Below are positions 1 to 8,489 of a DNA stretch of 36,691 nt, in pieces. The notes under the pieces were generated by a model. It saw only the letters and a program-made list of their open reading frames with translations. It did no database searches and had not been told where the DNA came from. Position numbers and translations under genes: made by a program. The stretch comes from Burkholderiales bacterium. Its GTDB lineage: Bacteria > Pseudomonadota > Gammaproteobacteria > Burkholderiales > JAEUOS01. Each line of letters starts with the position of its first letter. Within the stretch, counting starts at the first letter, position 1. Location: positions 1 through 36,691 of the forward strand of contig JANLTL010000498.1 of NCBI GenBank assembly GCA_031362905.1. The letters are read 5' to 3'.

Positions 1-208
1 CGGGCTATTGGTGTCCGGCAAGCTCGAGTACCGCACGCACACCCTGCGACGGAATGGTCGTTGGGGGGCATTGCGCCAGACTTTCCTGCGCGGCCAGGAA
101 ATTGCGCGCGACGGCAAGCCGTTCGGTTTACCCATTGGCCAGTTTGTGCGTCCGGACTACTCCGCCGGCGGGATCACGCGCGCTGCGCAAGACAAGCTTT
201 TGCTATAA
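1..208 (+). CDS. C-terminal fragment of a probable cyclic amidohydrolase (dihydroorotase/allantoinase-like), 5' truncated by window, possibly frameshifted
   Basis: GALRQTFLRGQEIARDGKPFGLPIGQFVRP resembles the G-x3-T-x-LRG-x5-DG-x5-P-x-G-x-F C-terminal signature; the expected TP-x-DG motif (TPCDGM) lies in another frame at 39-56. Confidence 0.45.
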   Translation, partial: GLLVSGKLEYRTHTLRRNGRWGALRQTFLRGQEIARDGKPFGLPIGQFVRPDYSAGGITRAAQDKLLL

Positions 209-209
209 T
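201..209 (+). promoter_or_regulatory. extended -10 sigma70 promoter of tRNA-Arg
   Basis: TGC-TATAAT ending 10 bp before the tRNA 5' end. Confidence 0.7.
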
Positions 210-218
210 CGCAAGCAT

Positions 219-295
219 GCGGCTGTAGCTCAGTTGGATAGAGTACTTGGCTACGAACCAAGGGGTCGTGGGTTCAATTCCTGCCAGCCGCACCA
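219..295 (+). tRNA. tRNA-Arg(ACG)
   Basis: GCGGCTG/CAGCCGC acceptor stem, D-loop AGTTGGATA, anticodon loop CT-ACG-AA (253-255), T-loop GTTCAATTC, encoded CCA; 77 nt. Confidence 0.98.
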
Positions 296-303
296 GCAAT
301 ATC

Positions 304-331
304 AAGGGGCTACCGAACGGTAGCCCCTTTT
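304..331 (+). terminator. Rho-independent terminator after tRNA
   Basis: AAGGGGCTACC-GAAC-GGTAGCCCCTT perfect 11-bp stem running into a T tract. Confidence 0.85.
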
Positions 332-470
332 CATTGGTGCACGGACCTCCCGTCTGCCCAAGGCAGGACGAGTTGCCATTTTTCGACCGCAGAGGCGAGC
401 TCCGCTGCAACCTTCGCGGGTGCCGGCACGCCATCCAGGCCGCGCCCTTCCCACTCGCCAATGCTGCGGT

Positions 471-1433
471 TCAGCCTCGTGCAAGCACGGCAATCGCAGG
501 GCGGGGCCCGCTCGCTTTGCCGCTGATCGGCGCGCGCGGCAGCCTGTTGGTGCCCGCCTCGATGGCAAAGTGAAAATCAAGCGAATACCACGGCCCCTCC
601 TTGCTGCTCCCACCAGAGGTGCCGCCCGCGTCTGGCGCCGCCTCGTTTTCATGCAACACGTAGGTGCCGATCAAGGCAGTTGTCACGCCATACTGCACAT
701 CGGTCTCGAGATACGGGTCATCACCTGAATACACCTGCGAAAACTGCGTTTTAAAGCCGTCTTTCGAAATCAGAAAATGCACGTGGGCCGGGCGCATGTT
801 GTGGCGACGCTGCGCGCGCACCAAATCTCCCACCGGGCCATTGATCGGTATCGGGTAACCCGCCGGTTTGACGCTGCGAAAGTGAATGTGGCCCTCGGCA
901 TCGGTAGTGAAGATGCCGCGCAAATTCATGTCCGGCTGCACAGGATCCTGATTTTCATAGTAGCCCTCGGACGAGGTGTGCCACACGTCAACGTCGGCAC
1001 CCGCCACCGGCTTTCCCTCCAGGTCCTTCACCCATGCGTTAACGAACAAGGGTACGCCCGGCGTCGACGGATGCGCAATTGACGCGCCATTGGCAAGCTT
1101 CGGTGCCCCAGTCCGCCAGAACGGGCCGAGCATGTTGGCCGACGTTGCGCGCGTGCCGTTGGCACCGTTGTTGATCAGACAGACGAGTTGCGAAATGCCG
1201 AGCGAGCCTGCGGCGAGCACCACTTCGTTGTGCGACGCCGTAGTGTGCTGCCCAAGGGACGCGATCACGCCACAGGCCTGCTGAAACTCGGGTTCGGTGA
1301 GCTTCGCCTCGCGCACGAACGCATGCAGATGTTTGACGGCAAGGCTCATGATTTCGCGAAAGCGCGGGTTATCGGCGCGCGCAATCTCGGCGAGCACGGC
1401 GGGGGTGACGTCTTTCTCGGTATTGATGATCAC
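471..1433 (-). CDS. intradiol ring-cleavage dioxygenase (hydroxyquinol/catechol 1,2-dioxygenase family)
   Basis: LGPFW, VDVWH, GYYENQD, GYPIP, RPAHVH (2 Tyr/2 His Fe ligands); N-terminal HLHAFVRE helix; GTG at 1433 follows AAGGA. Confidence 0.9.
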   Translation of the reverse strand: MIINTEKDVTPAVLAEIARADNPRFREIMSLAVKHLHAFVREAKLTEPEFQQACGVIASLGQHTTASHNEVVLAAGSLGISQLVCLINNGANGTRATSANMLGPFWRTGAPKLANGASIAHPSTPGVPLFVNAWVKDLEGKPVAGADVDVWHTSSEGYYENQDPVQPDMNLRGIFTTDAEGHIHFRSVKPAGYPIPINGPVGDLVRAQRRHNMRPAHVHFLISKDGFKTQFSQVYSGDDPYLETDVQYGVTTALIGTYVLHENEAAPDAGGTSGGSSKEGPWYSLDFHFAIEAGTNRLPRAPISGKASGPRPAIAVLARG

Positions 1434-1578
1434 GGCAATCCTTTTTTGTACGTCCACGTGGCAAGTAGCGAGGCGTTCAGCATAGCATCGCGTCCGGGCA
1501 GATCACCAATTGCCAGCACTCTGGTCTACACTCATGCGCATCATTCACCACCGAAGCCGTTCGAACCGAAAGCGAGAC

Positions 1579-2589
1579 ATGAACGCCCATCTGCCGTCAC
1601 CCCGCGTTGCCCTGCGCTCGCCACTCCGTACTGCCATGGCCGTCGCCACGGCCGCCATCATCGCCACCCTCGGCAGCGCCGCCAGCGCGCAATACCCCGA
1701 AAAGCCAATCCGCTTCATCGTGCCCCAAGCGCCCGGCGCCGCCACAGACACGGCTTCACGCATCCTCGTGGCCGAGCTCACCACCCTCCTCGGTCAGCAA
1801 ATCATCGTCGAGAACCGTCCCGGCGGCGGCTTCACTATCGGCCTCGACATCGTGGCCAAGGCCGTGCCCGACGGCTACACCATCGGCATGGGGCCGGTCG
1901 GCGCGATGGTGATCAGCCCGAACATGATGGCCAAACTGCCCTACGACATCGAGAAGGATATTTTTCCGGTCACGCTGGTCACGCGTGGCCACTTGCTGCT
2001 CGCGGTGTCACCCAAGTTGCCGGTCAACAGCGTCGCCGAATTGATAGCGCTCGCCAGACAATCGCCCGGCAAACTCACCAACGCATCGTCCGCCAACGGC
2101 TCGCCCGGCCACGTCGCTGGCGAGTTGTTCAAAAACATGAGCGGGACGCAGATCGTCCATGTGCCCTACAAGGGCGGCGCGCTCGCGATCAACGACTTGA
2201 TGGCTGGCCAGGTCGATGTCATGTTCGAAAGCCTCAACTCGATATCACCGCATGCGCGCTCGGGCAAAATCAAGGCCCTCGCGGTGACTGGTGCGCGCCG
2301 CTCACCGGGCTTTCCCAACATCCCGACAGTCGCCGAAGCAGGGGTGCCAGGCTACGACGCCCCCACCTGGACCGGTGTGATCGCCCCGCCCGGTATGCCG
2401 CGTGCGGTGATCGACAAACTGAGCAGCGCAATTAACCGCGCAATTGCCTCTCCGACTTTCAAGGAGCGCTTCGGCTCGATCGGGGACGAGCCTGCCGGCG
2501 GCACACCGGAAGAATTCGCCGCCATGTTCAAGGTCGAATTTGCCAAATGGCGCGAGGTGGTCAAGCGGTCGGGGGCGAAGTTCGACTGA
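1579..2589 (+). CDS. Bug/TctC tripartite tricarboxylate transporter substrate-binding protein
   Basis: signal peptide, YPEKPIRFIVP-x-APG, VENRPGGG, PDGYT, HVPYKGG; start uncertain (1579 or 1636). Confidence 0.93.
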   Translation: MNAHLPSPRVALRSPLRTAMAVATAAIIATLGSAASAQYPEKPIRFIVPQAPGAATDTASRILVAELTTLLGQQIIVENRPGGGFTIGLDIVAKAVPDGYTIGMGPVGAMVISPNMMAKLPYDIEKDIFPVTLVTRGHLLLAVSPKLPVNSVAELIALARQSPGKLTNASSANGSPGHVAGELFKNMSGTQIVHVPYKGGALAINDLMAGQVDVMFESLNSISPHARSGKIKALAVTGARRSPGFPNIPTVAEAGVPGYDAPTWTGVIAPPGMPRAVIDKLSSAINRAIASPTFKERFGSIGDEPAGGTPEEFAAMFKVEFAKWREVVKRSGAKFD

Positions 2590-2602
2590 AGACGCTGGAT
2601 GG

Positions 2603-2672
2603 AGAATGGCTCTGGGAGCGGATCACAGGCACTCAACGGCCTAGACCCATTGGTGAAAGCGCCTCTCAGACC
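2603..2672. repeat. two copies of dispersed imperfect-palindromic repeat family
   Basis: AGAATGGCTCTGGGAGCGGATC (2603-2624) is 21/22 identical to 8376-8397; 2640-2672 is 25/33 identical to the reverse complement of 25638-25670. Confidence 0.7.
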
Positions 2673-2689
2673 GGCCATTCATAGAAAAT

Positions 2690-3358
2690 TCAAATCGCCT
2701 TGCGCGCCCGCGTCGCGCGCAGCTTGCGCAGCGCTTCGATGTTTTGCGCCACGCCTTCCATGTTCGGATTGATCACAATCGCGCGCTCGAAGTATTCAAG
2801 CGCCCTGTCGAACTCATCCATCTGCGCGTAGATTTGCCCGTAGCCCGAGAGCACGCCGAAGTGCACCGGGTTGCGTCTGATGACTTCATCGCAATCGGCG
2901 AGTGACTCCTTGAATTTTTTCATGAAGAAATACACCGTGGCGCGTTTGTTCCAGGCTTCGGCGAAGTCTGGTTTCTTGCGGATCACTTCGGTGAACGTGA
3001 CCGCTGCCGCTTCCGGCTCACCCGAATTCATTTGCGCGACGCCCTTCTTGAACAAGGAATCGATCTGGGCATCGCCGCTACGGCTCCAGGCCGCCCACAT
3101 GGCTGCTTCGGCGGCGCTGCGGTTGGCATCGTCTTCGTCGAACAACACTTTTGCCAGGGCGGCTCCATCGGACGCGCGACCGATGACGTGAAGGCGCTTG
3201 ACGGCGGCCAGACGCGCCGCAGCAGTCTTGCTCGAGAGTTGTTTGAGCGCTTGCTCGCGCGTGAGGTCTGCTGCCGCTGCTGAACCTGCCGCTGCGGCAC
3301 CCCCGAGCGCGCAGAGCAGCAGCACCAGCGCCGGCAAACAGCGCTTCAGAGGCTTCAT
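2690..3358 (-). CDS. exported tetratricopeptide repeat protein with N-terminal HEAT-like helices
   Basis: signal peptide; TPR motifs PDFAEAWNKRATVYF, NPVHFGVLSGYGQIY, ALEYFERAIVINP; 4-bp overlap with upstream gene. Confidence 0.85.
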   Translation of the reverse strand: MKPLKRCLPALVLLLCALGGAAAAGSAAAADLTREQALKQLSSKTAAARLAAVKRLHVIGRASDGAALAKVLFDEDDANRSAAEAAMWAAWSRSGDAQIDSLFKKGVAQMNSGEPEAAAVTFTEVIRKKPDFAEAWNKRATVYFFMKKFKESLADCDEVIRRNPVHFGVLSGYGQIYAQMDEFDRALEYFERAIVINPNMEGVAQNIEALRKLRATRARKAI

Positions 3359-4017
3359 TTCACTGCCTCACGCAGCCAGAGCACCAGCGGCAGCGACAAC
3401 TTGAAGCCCTCGGCAATACGTTGCTTCAACTTGGCAGCGTCGAGTCCCTTCAACGGGGTTTCAGTCCAGACGATGAAACTCTTTTGCTTGATGTACTCGA
3501 TGTGCGGCGTGTCGTTCGCATAGCCCTTGGGTGGACGCGCAAGTTTTCCTTCGTCGGCAAAGCCCTGGTAATGCGCCCACAGGGTCTTGTGCTTGAGCAG
3601 CTTTGAAAATTTGGCCGGCTCATCTGCGATCTTGCGGCGAATTTTCGCGAGCACGTCTGCGGGCGGCAAATAGCATCCTCCCGCGACCATGAGTTTTCCG
3701 TGATGATCAATATGCAGGTAGTAGTGCGACCCTGGATCCTTCTTGCCGCCGGGCGCAATCACGGCCGAAAAATGCGTCTTGTACGGGCTTTTGTCTTTGG
3801 TGAAACGGATGTCGCGATTGATGCGGAACAGGGCCTTTTTCGCCTCCTGCCCGCTGACCGGTTTATCGAATTTGGCGGTCGCGGCGATCACTTCCCCAAC
3901 CAGCGCGATGAACTCGGCGCGCAAGATGTCGTAACTCGGCTTGTTCATCACAAACCAGGCGCGGTTGTTGTTCTCCGACAGGCCTTGCAAGTAGTTGACT
4001 AGTTCGCGTGTGTTCAT
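3355..4017 (-). CDS. DUF2461 (TIGR02453) family protein
   Basis: L-x2-NNNRAWF, FRINRDIRFTKDKSPYK, YYLHI, PPKGY; GAGGA RBS before ATG at 4017. Confidence 0.9.
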   Translation of the reverse strand: MNTRELVNYLQGLSENNNRAWFVMNKPSYDILRAEFIALVGEVIAATAKFDKPVSGQEAKKALFRINRDIRFTKDKSPYKTHFSAVIAPGGKKDPGSHYYLHIDHHGKLMVAGGCYLPPADVLAKIRRKIADEPAKFSKLLKHKTLWAHYQGFADEGKLARPPKGYANDTPHIEYIKQKSFIVWTETPLKGLDAAKLKQRIAEGFKLSLPLVLWLREAVK

Positions 4018-4431
4018 GGTGTCCTCAATCTGGAGCACTCAAAGTATCACAAGGTGCCAACTGCCAAGACCCTGGCCTGCAGTGCGAGCGTTCTCAGGAT
4101 TCCATGGATCAGGCGATTTTCGGATGCCACTGTGGATGCCCGGGTTGCAACAGGCTATTCCGAAATTCCCGCTGTGCGAGTAGACTTCACCATTATGGGG
4201 AGGCGGTTGCGCTTTCGGATGGGGAATGTCAACCACCTGCATAATGTGTCCTTGATTGCTTCCGCCAGGAATGCAGCCTTTGGCACAGCCTTACGGAGGT
4301 GTGTACAGTGTCAAAGGCGATGCTGGGTGGGTCGCTCAGAGCAACTGTTCGTCGATTGATGGCAGATTGCCGCTAGAAAAAAAACGGGATCGAGCATGTT
4401 GAATGGTTACCGCCTCTGGGAGCATAGGTAG

Positions 4432-6528
4432 ATGCCTCTTACGCTGAAAATCTATATCCAGGCCGCCGGAGGGACGACGTTTGCAGGTGAGCGTGTTCTT
4501 GACGGTGAATGCGTGACCATCGGGCGCAGCAAGGATTGCACGCTGAGCCTGGACGATCCGGAAAAATACCTGTCGCGCATTCAGGCGGAATTGCTCATGG
4601 GTGAGGACGGCTACCTGCTCAAGGCAACCTCGAAGCATTCTCCAGTGCTGCTGAACGGCGAGGCACTCGGAATCGACAGTGAGGTCACGGTTCGCGCCGG
4701 CGATACCGTGACGATGGATGTTTATGACCTCGAAATCGTGAGCACGGGTGCGCCCGAGGGGGACCCGGATGCGACGACCATCGTGCCCGAAGCGGATCCT
4801 GAGGCCACCATGATTTTCGGCGGGCTGTCGCGTTCACCGAAGGCGTTCCAGGCAGGGCTTGGGGGACGTGTAGCCCCGCTTGCCGCAGCGCCTCCGGCAG
4901 GTCTGAGTGTCGGACAAGTGCTGCGGGGAAGATTTCGCGTGGAAGCGACGCTGGTGGCCAGCGGCATGGGGACGGTATACCGGGCGCACGATCTGTCGCA
5001 GGGCAAAGATGTTGCGCTGCGCTTGATGCCGCCGGAACTGCTTGCCTCCGAGCAGGCCAGGCGGCGCTTCATGCAGGAAGGCAAGATCGCGATCCAGCTC
5101 GCGCACCCGCACATCGTGGTGACCCATGACGTGCATGCAGATGCGGAACACGTGTTTTTGACCATGGAACTGCTCACCGGCCAGACGCTGCGCGCCGCCA
5201 TGGAGGAGCGCAGCCGCGCTGGGCGCAAGTGGAGCGAATCCGAAGTCGTGGCGCTGATGCGCCCCGTATGCGAGGCCCTCACCTATGCCCACCAATTCAC
5301 GGTACACCGGGACATTCGCCCGGAAAACGTGTGGCTGGGTGATGCCGGATCGGTCAAGCTGATGGATTTCGGGCTCGCACCAGGGCTGCCGGAGGGTGAC
5401 GTCACCCTGTCGGGGGCAGCCACTGGCGCCGCTGGTTACTACATGGCGCCCGAGCAACTTGCCCGTTCCGCCAGTGTCGATCATCGCGCCGATCAATATG
5501 CGCTCGGGGTCATGCTCTACGAAATGCTGGCCGGACGCATGCCGGCCGGGCGTATCGAATCACTCGGCGCGCTGCGCGCAGACGTCAGCCCTGGCCTGTC
5601 GGCAGCGGTCGACAAGGCACTCTCGGCCAATCCGGCAGAGCGGTTTGGCAGCGACGCGCAATTCCTTGCCGCACTGCGTACGCTGCCGCAACGGAAGTTC
5701 ACCACACCGGCAAAGGCAGCTGACCAGCACGCCGGCGCCGGGCGCCTGAAATGGTTCGGCCTGGGGTTCGCTGTGCTCGCCGGCCTGGTGGCTATGTTCC
5801 TGCAATGGCCGATGCTCAAGGGGCTCCTTCCCGACGGTGAAGTGCACAAGCAGCAAGAGCAAAAGATTGCACGGCTCGATGGAGAGGCAAAGGCGTTGCT
5901 GAAGATGGTCGAAGTTGACCAGCGCGAACTGAAGGAGGCGGTAGCCAGCGCCAACCGCGATGTAGAGCGTATCGCCGGGCAACTGCGCTCTGTGCGCACG
6001 AGCACGGAGCGCGCCGGCCTGGAACTGGCACAGCGCGAGGCACGCAATACGGCCAGGCTGTTGGGCGCGCTGGAAAACAAGCTGCGCGACCAGGCAGAAG
6101 GGCCTCAAGGCCTGCCTAAAGCGGAGGGGAGTCTTAGTGCTGCGGCAACAGCATCCAAGGGGGCGGACAAGGCCGGAGCGATCCGGCTCCTCGAAGAAAC
6201 CGTGAGCTCGCTTACCCAGATGCGCGCGAGCATCAGTGAAGACCGCAAGGCTGCACAGGCATCACACCATCGCCGCCAGGAAGAGTTGCGAATCGCCGAG
6301 GCGCGCGCCATGAAAGAGGAAGAAGCACGCCTCAGGGCTGAGGCCGAGGCAAAGGCAAAAGCCCTCGCGGAGAGCGAAGCGCGTGCCAGGGCCGCAATGG
6401 CCGCGCGGGCCAGAGCGGAAGCTGAAGCGCGGGCCAAAGAGGCGGTCGCCAAGGCAGAGAGCGATGCGCGCGCCAAAGCGGAGTCGGATGCAAGAATCAA
6501 GGCCGAGGGCGAAGCACGCCCGCGCTGA
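4432..6528 (+). CDS. FHA + Ser/Thr kinase-fold + transmembrane + Ala/Glu/Lys-rich coiled-coil protein; probable pseudokinase
   Basis: TIGRS..LSRIQA..LLNG (FHA); GMGTVY, VALR, HRDIRPEN, DFG, YMAPE, DQYALG; TM WFGLGFAVLAGLVAMFL; AKAESDAR repeats. Confidence 0.88.
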   Translation: MPLTLKIYIQAAGGTTFAGERVLDGECVTIGRSKDCTLSLDDPEKYLSRIQAELLMGEDGYLLKATSKHSPVLLNGEALGIDSEVTVRAGDTVTMDVYDLEIVSTGAPEGDPDATTIVPEADPEATMIFGGLSRSPKAFQAGLGGRVAPLAAAPPAGLSVGQVLRGRFRVEATLVASGMGTVYRAHDLSQGKDVALRLMPPELLASEQARRRFMQEGKIAIQLAHPHIVVTHDVHADAEHVFLTMELLTGQTLRAAMEERSRAGRKWSESEVVALMRPVCEALTYAHQFTVHRDIRPENVWLGDAGSVKLMDFGLAPGLPEGDVTLSGAATGAAGYYMAPEQLARSASVDHRADQYALGVMLYEMLAGRMPAGRIESLGALRADVSPGLSAAVDKALSANPAERFGSDAQFLAALRTLPQRKFTTPAKAADQHAGAGRLKWFGLGFAVLAGLVAMFLQWPMLKGLLPDGEVHKQQEQKIARLDGEAKALLKMVEVDQRELKEAVASANRDVERIAGQLRSVRTSTERAGLELAQREARNTARLLGALENKLRDQAEGPQGLPKAEGSLSAAATASKGADKAGAIRLLEETVSSLTQMRASISEDRKAAQASHHRRQEELRIAEARAMKEEEARLRAEAEAKAKALAESEARARAAMAARARAEAEARAKEAVAKAESDARAKAESDARIKAEGEARPR

Positions 6529-6642
6529 CGGCATCCCCGCGCTGCCGGCCAATGCCAGGCCAGCCTGACGCCGGGTGCCGAGCGCCGGACGCCTCGGCCA
6601 AATATCCTTGGTCTTTGAAATACGGACTGCTGACCTTCTGCT

Positions 6643-7125
6643 TCAGTGCCCTTCGACCAGCGCAATGGCTTCGGCAGCGATACCCTCGCCCCGTCCAGCG
6701 AAGCCGAGCCTCTCGGTGGTCTTGGCCTTGACGTTCACGTTGGAAGCATCGATACCGCATGCGCTGGCAATCCGCGTTGCCATGGCCGCGGCATGCGGCG
6801 CCATCTTTGGCGCCTGGGCAATGATGGTGCAGTCAATGTTGACAATGGAGAATCCCGCGTTGTTTACGCGCGCAGCGGCTTCCCGCAACAGCGCCTGACT
6901 GTCCGCGTCCTTGAAGGCTGCGTCAGTGTCGGGAAAATGCTTGCCGATATCGCCCAAACCCGCCGCACCCAGAATGGCGTCGGTGATGGCATGCAGCAAC
7001 ACGTCGGCATCGGAGTGGCCGTCGAGACCCCGGTCAAATGGAATCGTCACGCCACCGATGATCAAAGGCCGCCCCGGTACGAGTGCGTGTACGTCAAAGC
7101 CCTGGCCGATACGGAGCGGAGTCAT
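6643..7125 (-). CDS. ispF: 2-C-methyl-D-erythritol 2,4-cyclodiphosphate synthase
   Basis: [53 protein letters not shown]; real start at 7125 within the longer ORF. Confidence 0.98.
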   Translation of the reverse strand: MTPLRIGQGFDVHALVPGRPLIIGGVTIPFDRGLDGHSDADVLLHAITDAILGAAGLGDIGKHFPDTDAAFKDADSQALLREAAARVNNAGFSIVNIDCTIIAQAPKMAPHAAAMATRIASACGIDASNVNVKAKTTERLGFAGRGEGIAAEAIALVEGH

Positions 7126-7314
7126 GGTTGCGATGGCGTGATCGAATGCGGATGAAGCCGTCACTTTACCTTGCGCCGCATGCGCCGAGCGTGCGCGGAG
7201 CCATGCACCGCTCACTCGCCGCCTGGTCTTGCCGGGTTGCCGGATAAACTGCACGTCTCGTTGGCAGCGCAGGCCTTGCATGTCTGCTATCCCACTCCAA
7301 ACCGGACATTCGCC

Positions 7315-8325
7315 ATGCGCCCTGTCGCTCAAACCATTCGCCGCCATCTTCTGAGCATCTTTACGATGAGCGCCACTGCCCTGCTCGCCCTCAGTGCGGG
7401 ATGGAGCGGCGCCGCCACCGCGCAAGCGGCTGCCGCCGGCGACATCCGCATCGTTGCGCCCTTCCCGCCCGGCGGCCCGGTCGATGTGCTCTCCCGCATC
7501 GTCGCCAATGGCCTGCGCGAAAAATCGAACGCCAATGTAATCGTCGAGAATCTTCCCGGCGCGGCCGGCAACATCGGCATCGATAAGGTCAAGCGCGCCG
7601 CACCCGATGGCCGCACCCTGCTGGTGATTCCGGCGGGCAACCTCACCATCAACCCGACGTTGATGAAGGATTTCCCCTTCAACATCGACCAGGACCTGGT
7701 GCCCGTCACCATGTTGGCCAAAGCGCCCAATGTGCTGGTGGTGCATCCGGGCCTGGCCGCGCAGAACGCGCGCGAACTGGTGGCGCTGGCCAAGTCCAAA
7801 CCCGCTACGCTCGCCTTCGCATCGCCCGGCATCGGTAGCGGCCTGCACCTCGCCGGCGAGTTATTCAAGCTGCAAACCGGTACCGACCTCTTGCATGTGC
7901 CCTACAAAGGCACCGGCCCGGCGCTCACCGACGTGCTCGGCGGCACCGTGCCGGTGATGTTCAGCAATCTGCCGGCCACTCTCGCGCACATTCGCAGCGG
8001 CAAGTTGCGTGCACTCGGGATCACCGACAACGTGCGCGCGGTCGCTGCACCAGACATTCCGACGCTCACCGAACAGGGCATCGCCGGCGTCGAGGTCACC
8101 TCCTGGTATGGCTTGCTCGCACCGCGCAATACGCCTGCGGCAGTGGCCATGCAGTTGGCAAAAGACAGCGCCGAGATCCTCAATCGCCCCGCCACCATCG
8201 AGGCACTCAAGGGCCAGGGTCTCGCGGTGTGGGTGATGCAGCCGGAACAGTTCCGTACCCACATCCGCATCGAGACGGCGAGCTGGGCGCGCATCATCAA
8301 GGCGCGCAACATCGTCGCCGAGTGA
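7315..8325 (+). CDS. Bug/TctC substrate-binding protein
   Basis: [36 protein letters not shown]. Confidence 0.93.
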   Translation: MRPVAQTIRRHLLSIFTMSATALLALSAGWSGAATAQAAAAGDIRIVAPFPPGGPVDVLSRIVANGLREKSNANVIVENLPGAAGNIGIDKVKRAAPDGRTLLVIPAGNLTINPTLMKDFPFNIDQDLVPVTMLAKAPNVLVVHPGLAAQNARELVALAKSKPATLAFASPGIGSGLHLAGELFKLQTGTDLLHVPYKGTGPALTDVLGGTVPVMFSNLPATLAHIRSGKLRALGITDNVRAVAAPDIPTLTEQGIAGVEVTSWYGLLAPRNTPAAVAMQLAKDSAEILNRPATIEALKGQGLAVWVMQPEQFRTHIRIETASWARIIKARNIVAE

Positions 8326-8375
8326 AACCACGGTGGGGCCGCGCCGGGACGAAATTGTCAAGCGCGACTCGACCA

Positions 8376-8445
8376 AGAATGGCTCTGGCAGCGGATCTCG
8401 CTGCGTCATCCCGCTGCGAGACGCTCTGGGAGCGGGTTTCAGACC
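8376..8445. repeat. two copies of dispersed repeat family between convergent genes
   Basis: AGAATGGCTCTGGCAGCGGATC (8376-8397) and GCTCTGGGAGCGGGTTTCAGACC (8423-8445). Confidence 0.7.
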
Positions 8446-8489
8446 AAATGGCCTGAGCGATCGCTTCCCCGCGGCCAGACTCTGACGCG

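Noticed and set aside
219-470. tRNA-Arg as an island integration site
   Set aside because: No integrase next to it and I saw no duplicate of the tRNA 3' end in the window
4281-4296. sigma54 promoter-like TGGCAC (also near 7262-7280)
   Set aside because: GG-N10-GC spacing is not met in either case
4432-6528. Type VI secretion PpkA/Fha locus
   Set aside because: No tss/tag genes in the window
7126-7848. N-terminally extended 401-aa IspF fusion
   Set aside because: Extension is the antisense shadow of the Bug gene; IspF homology begins at ATG 7125
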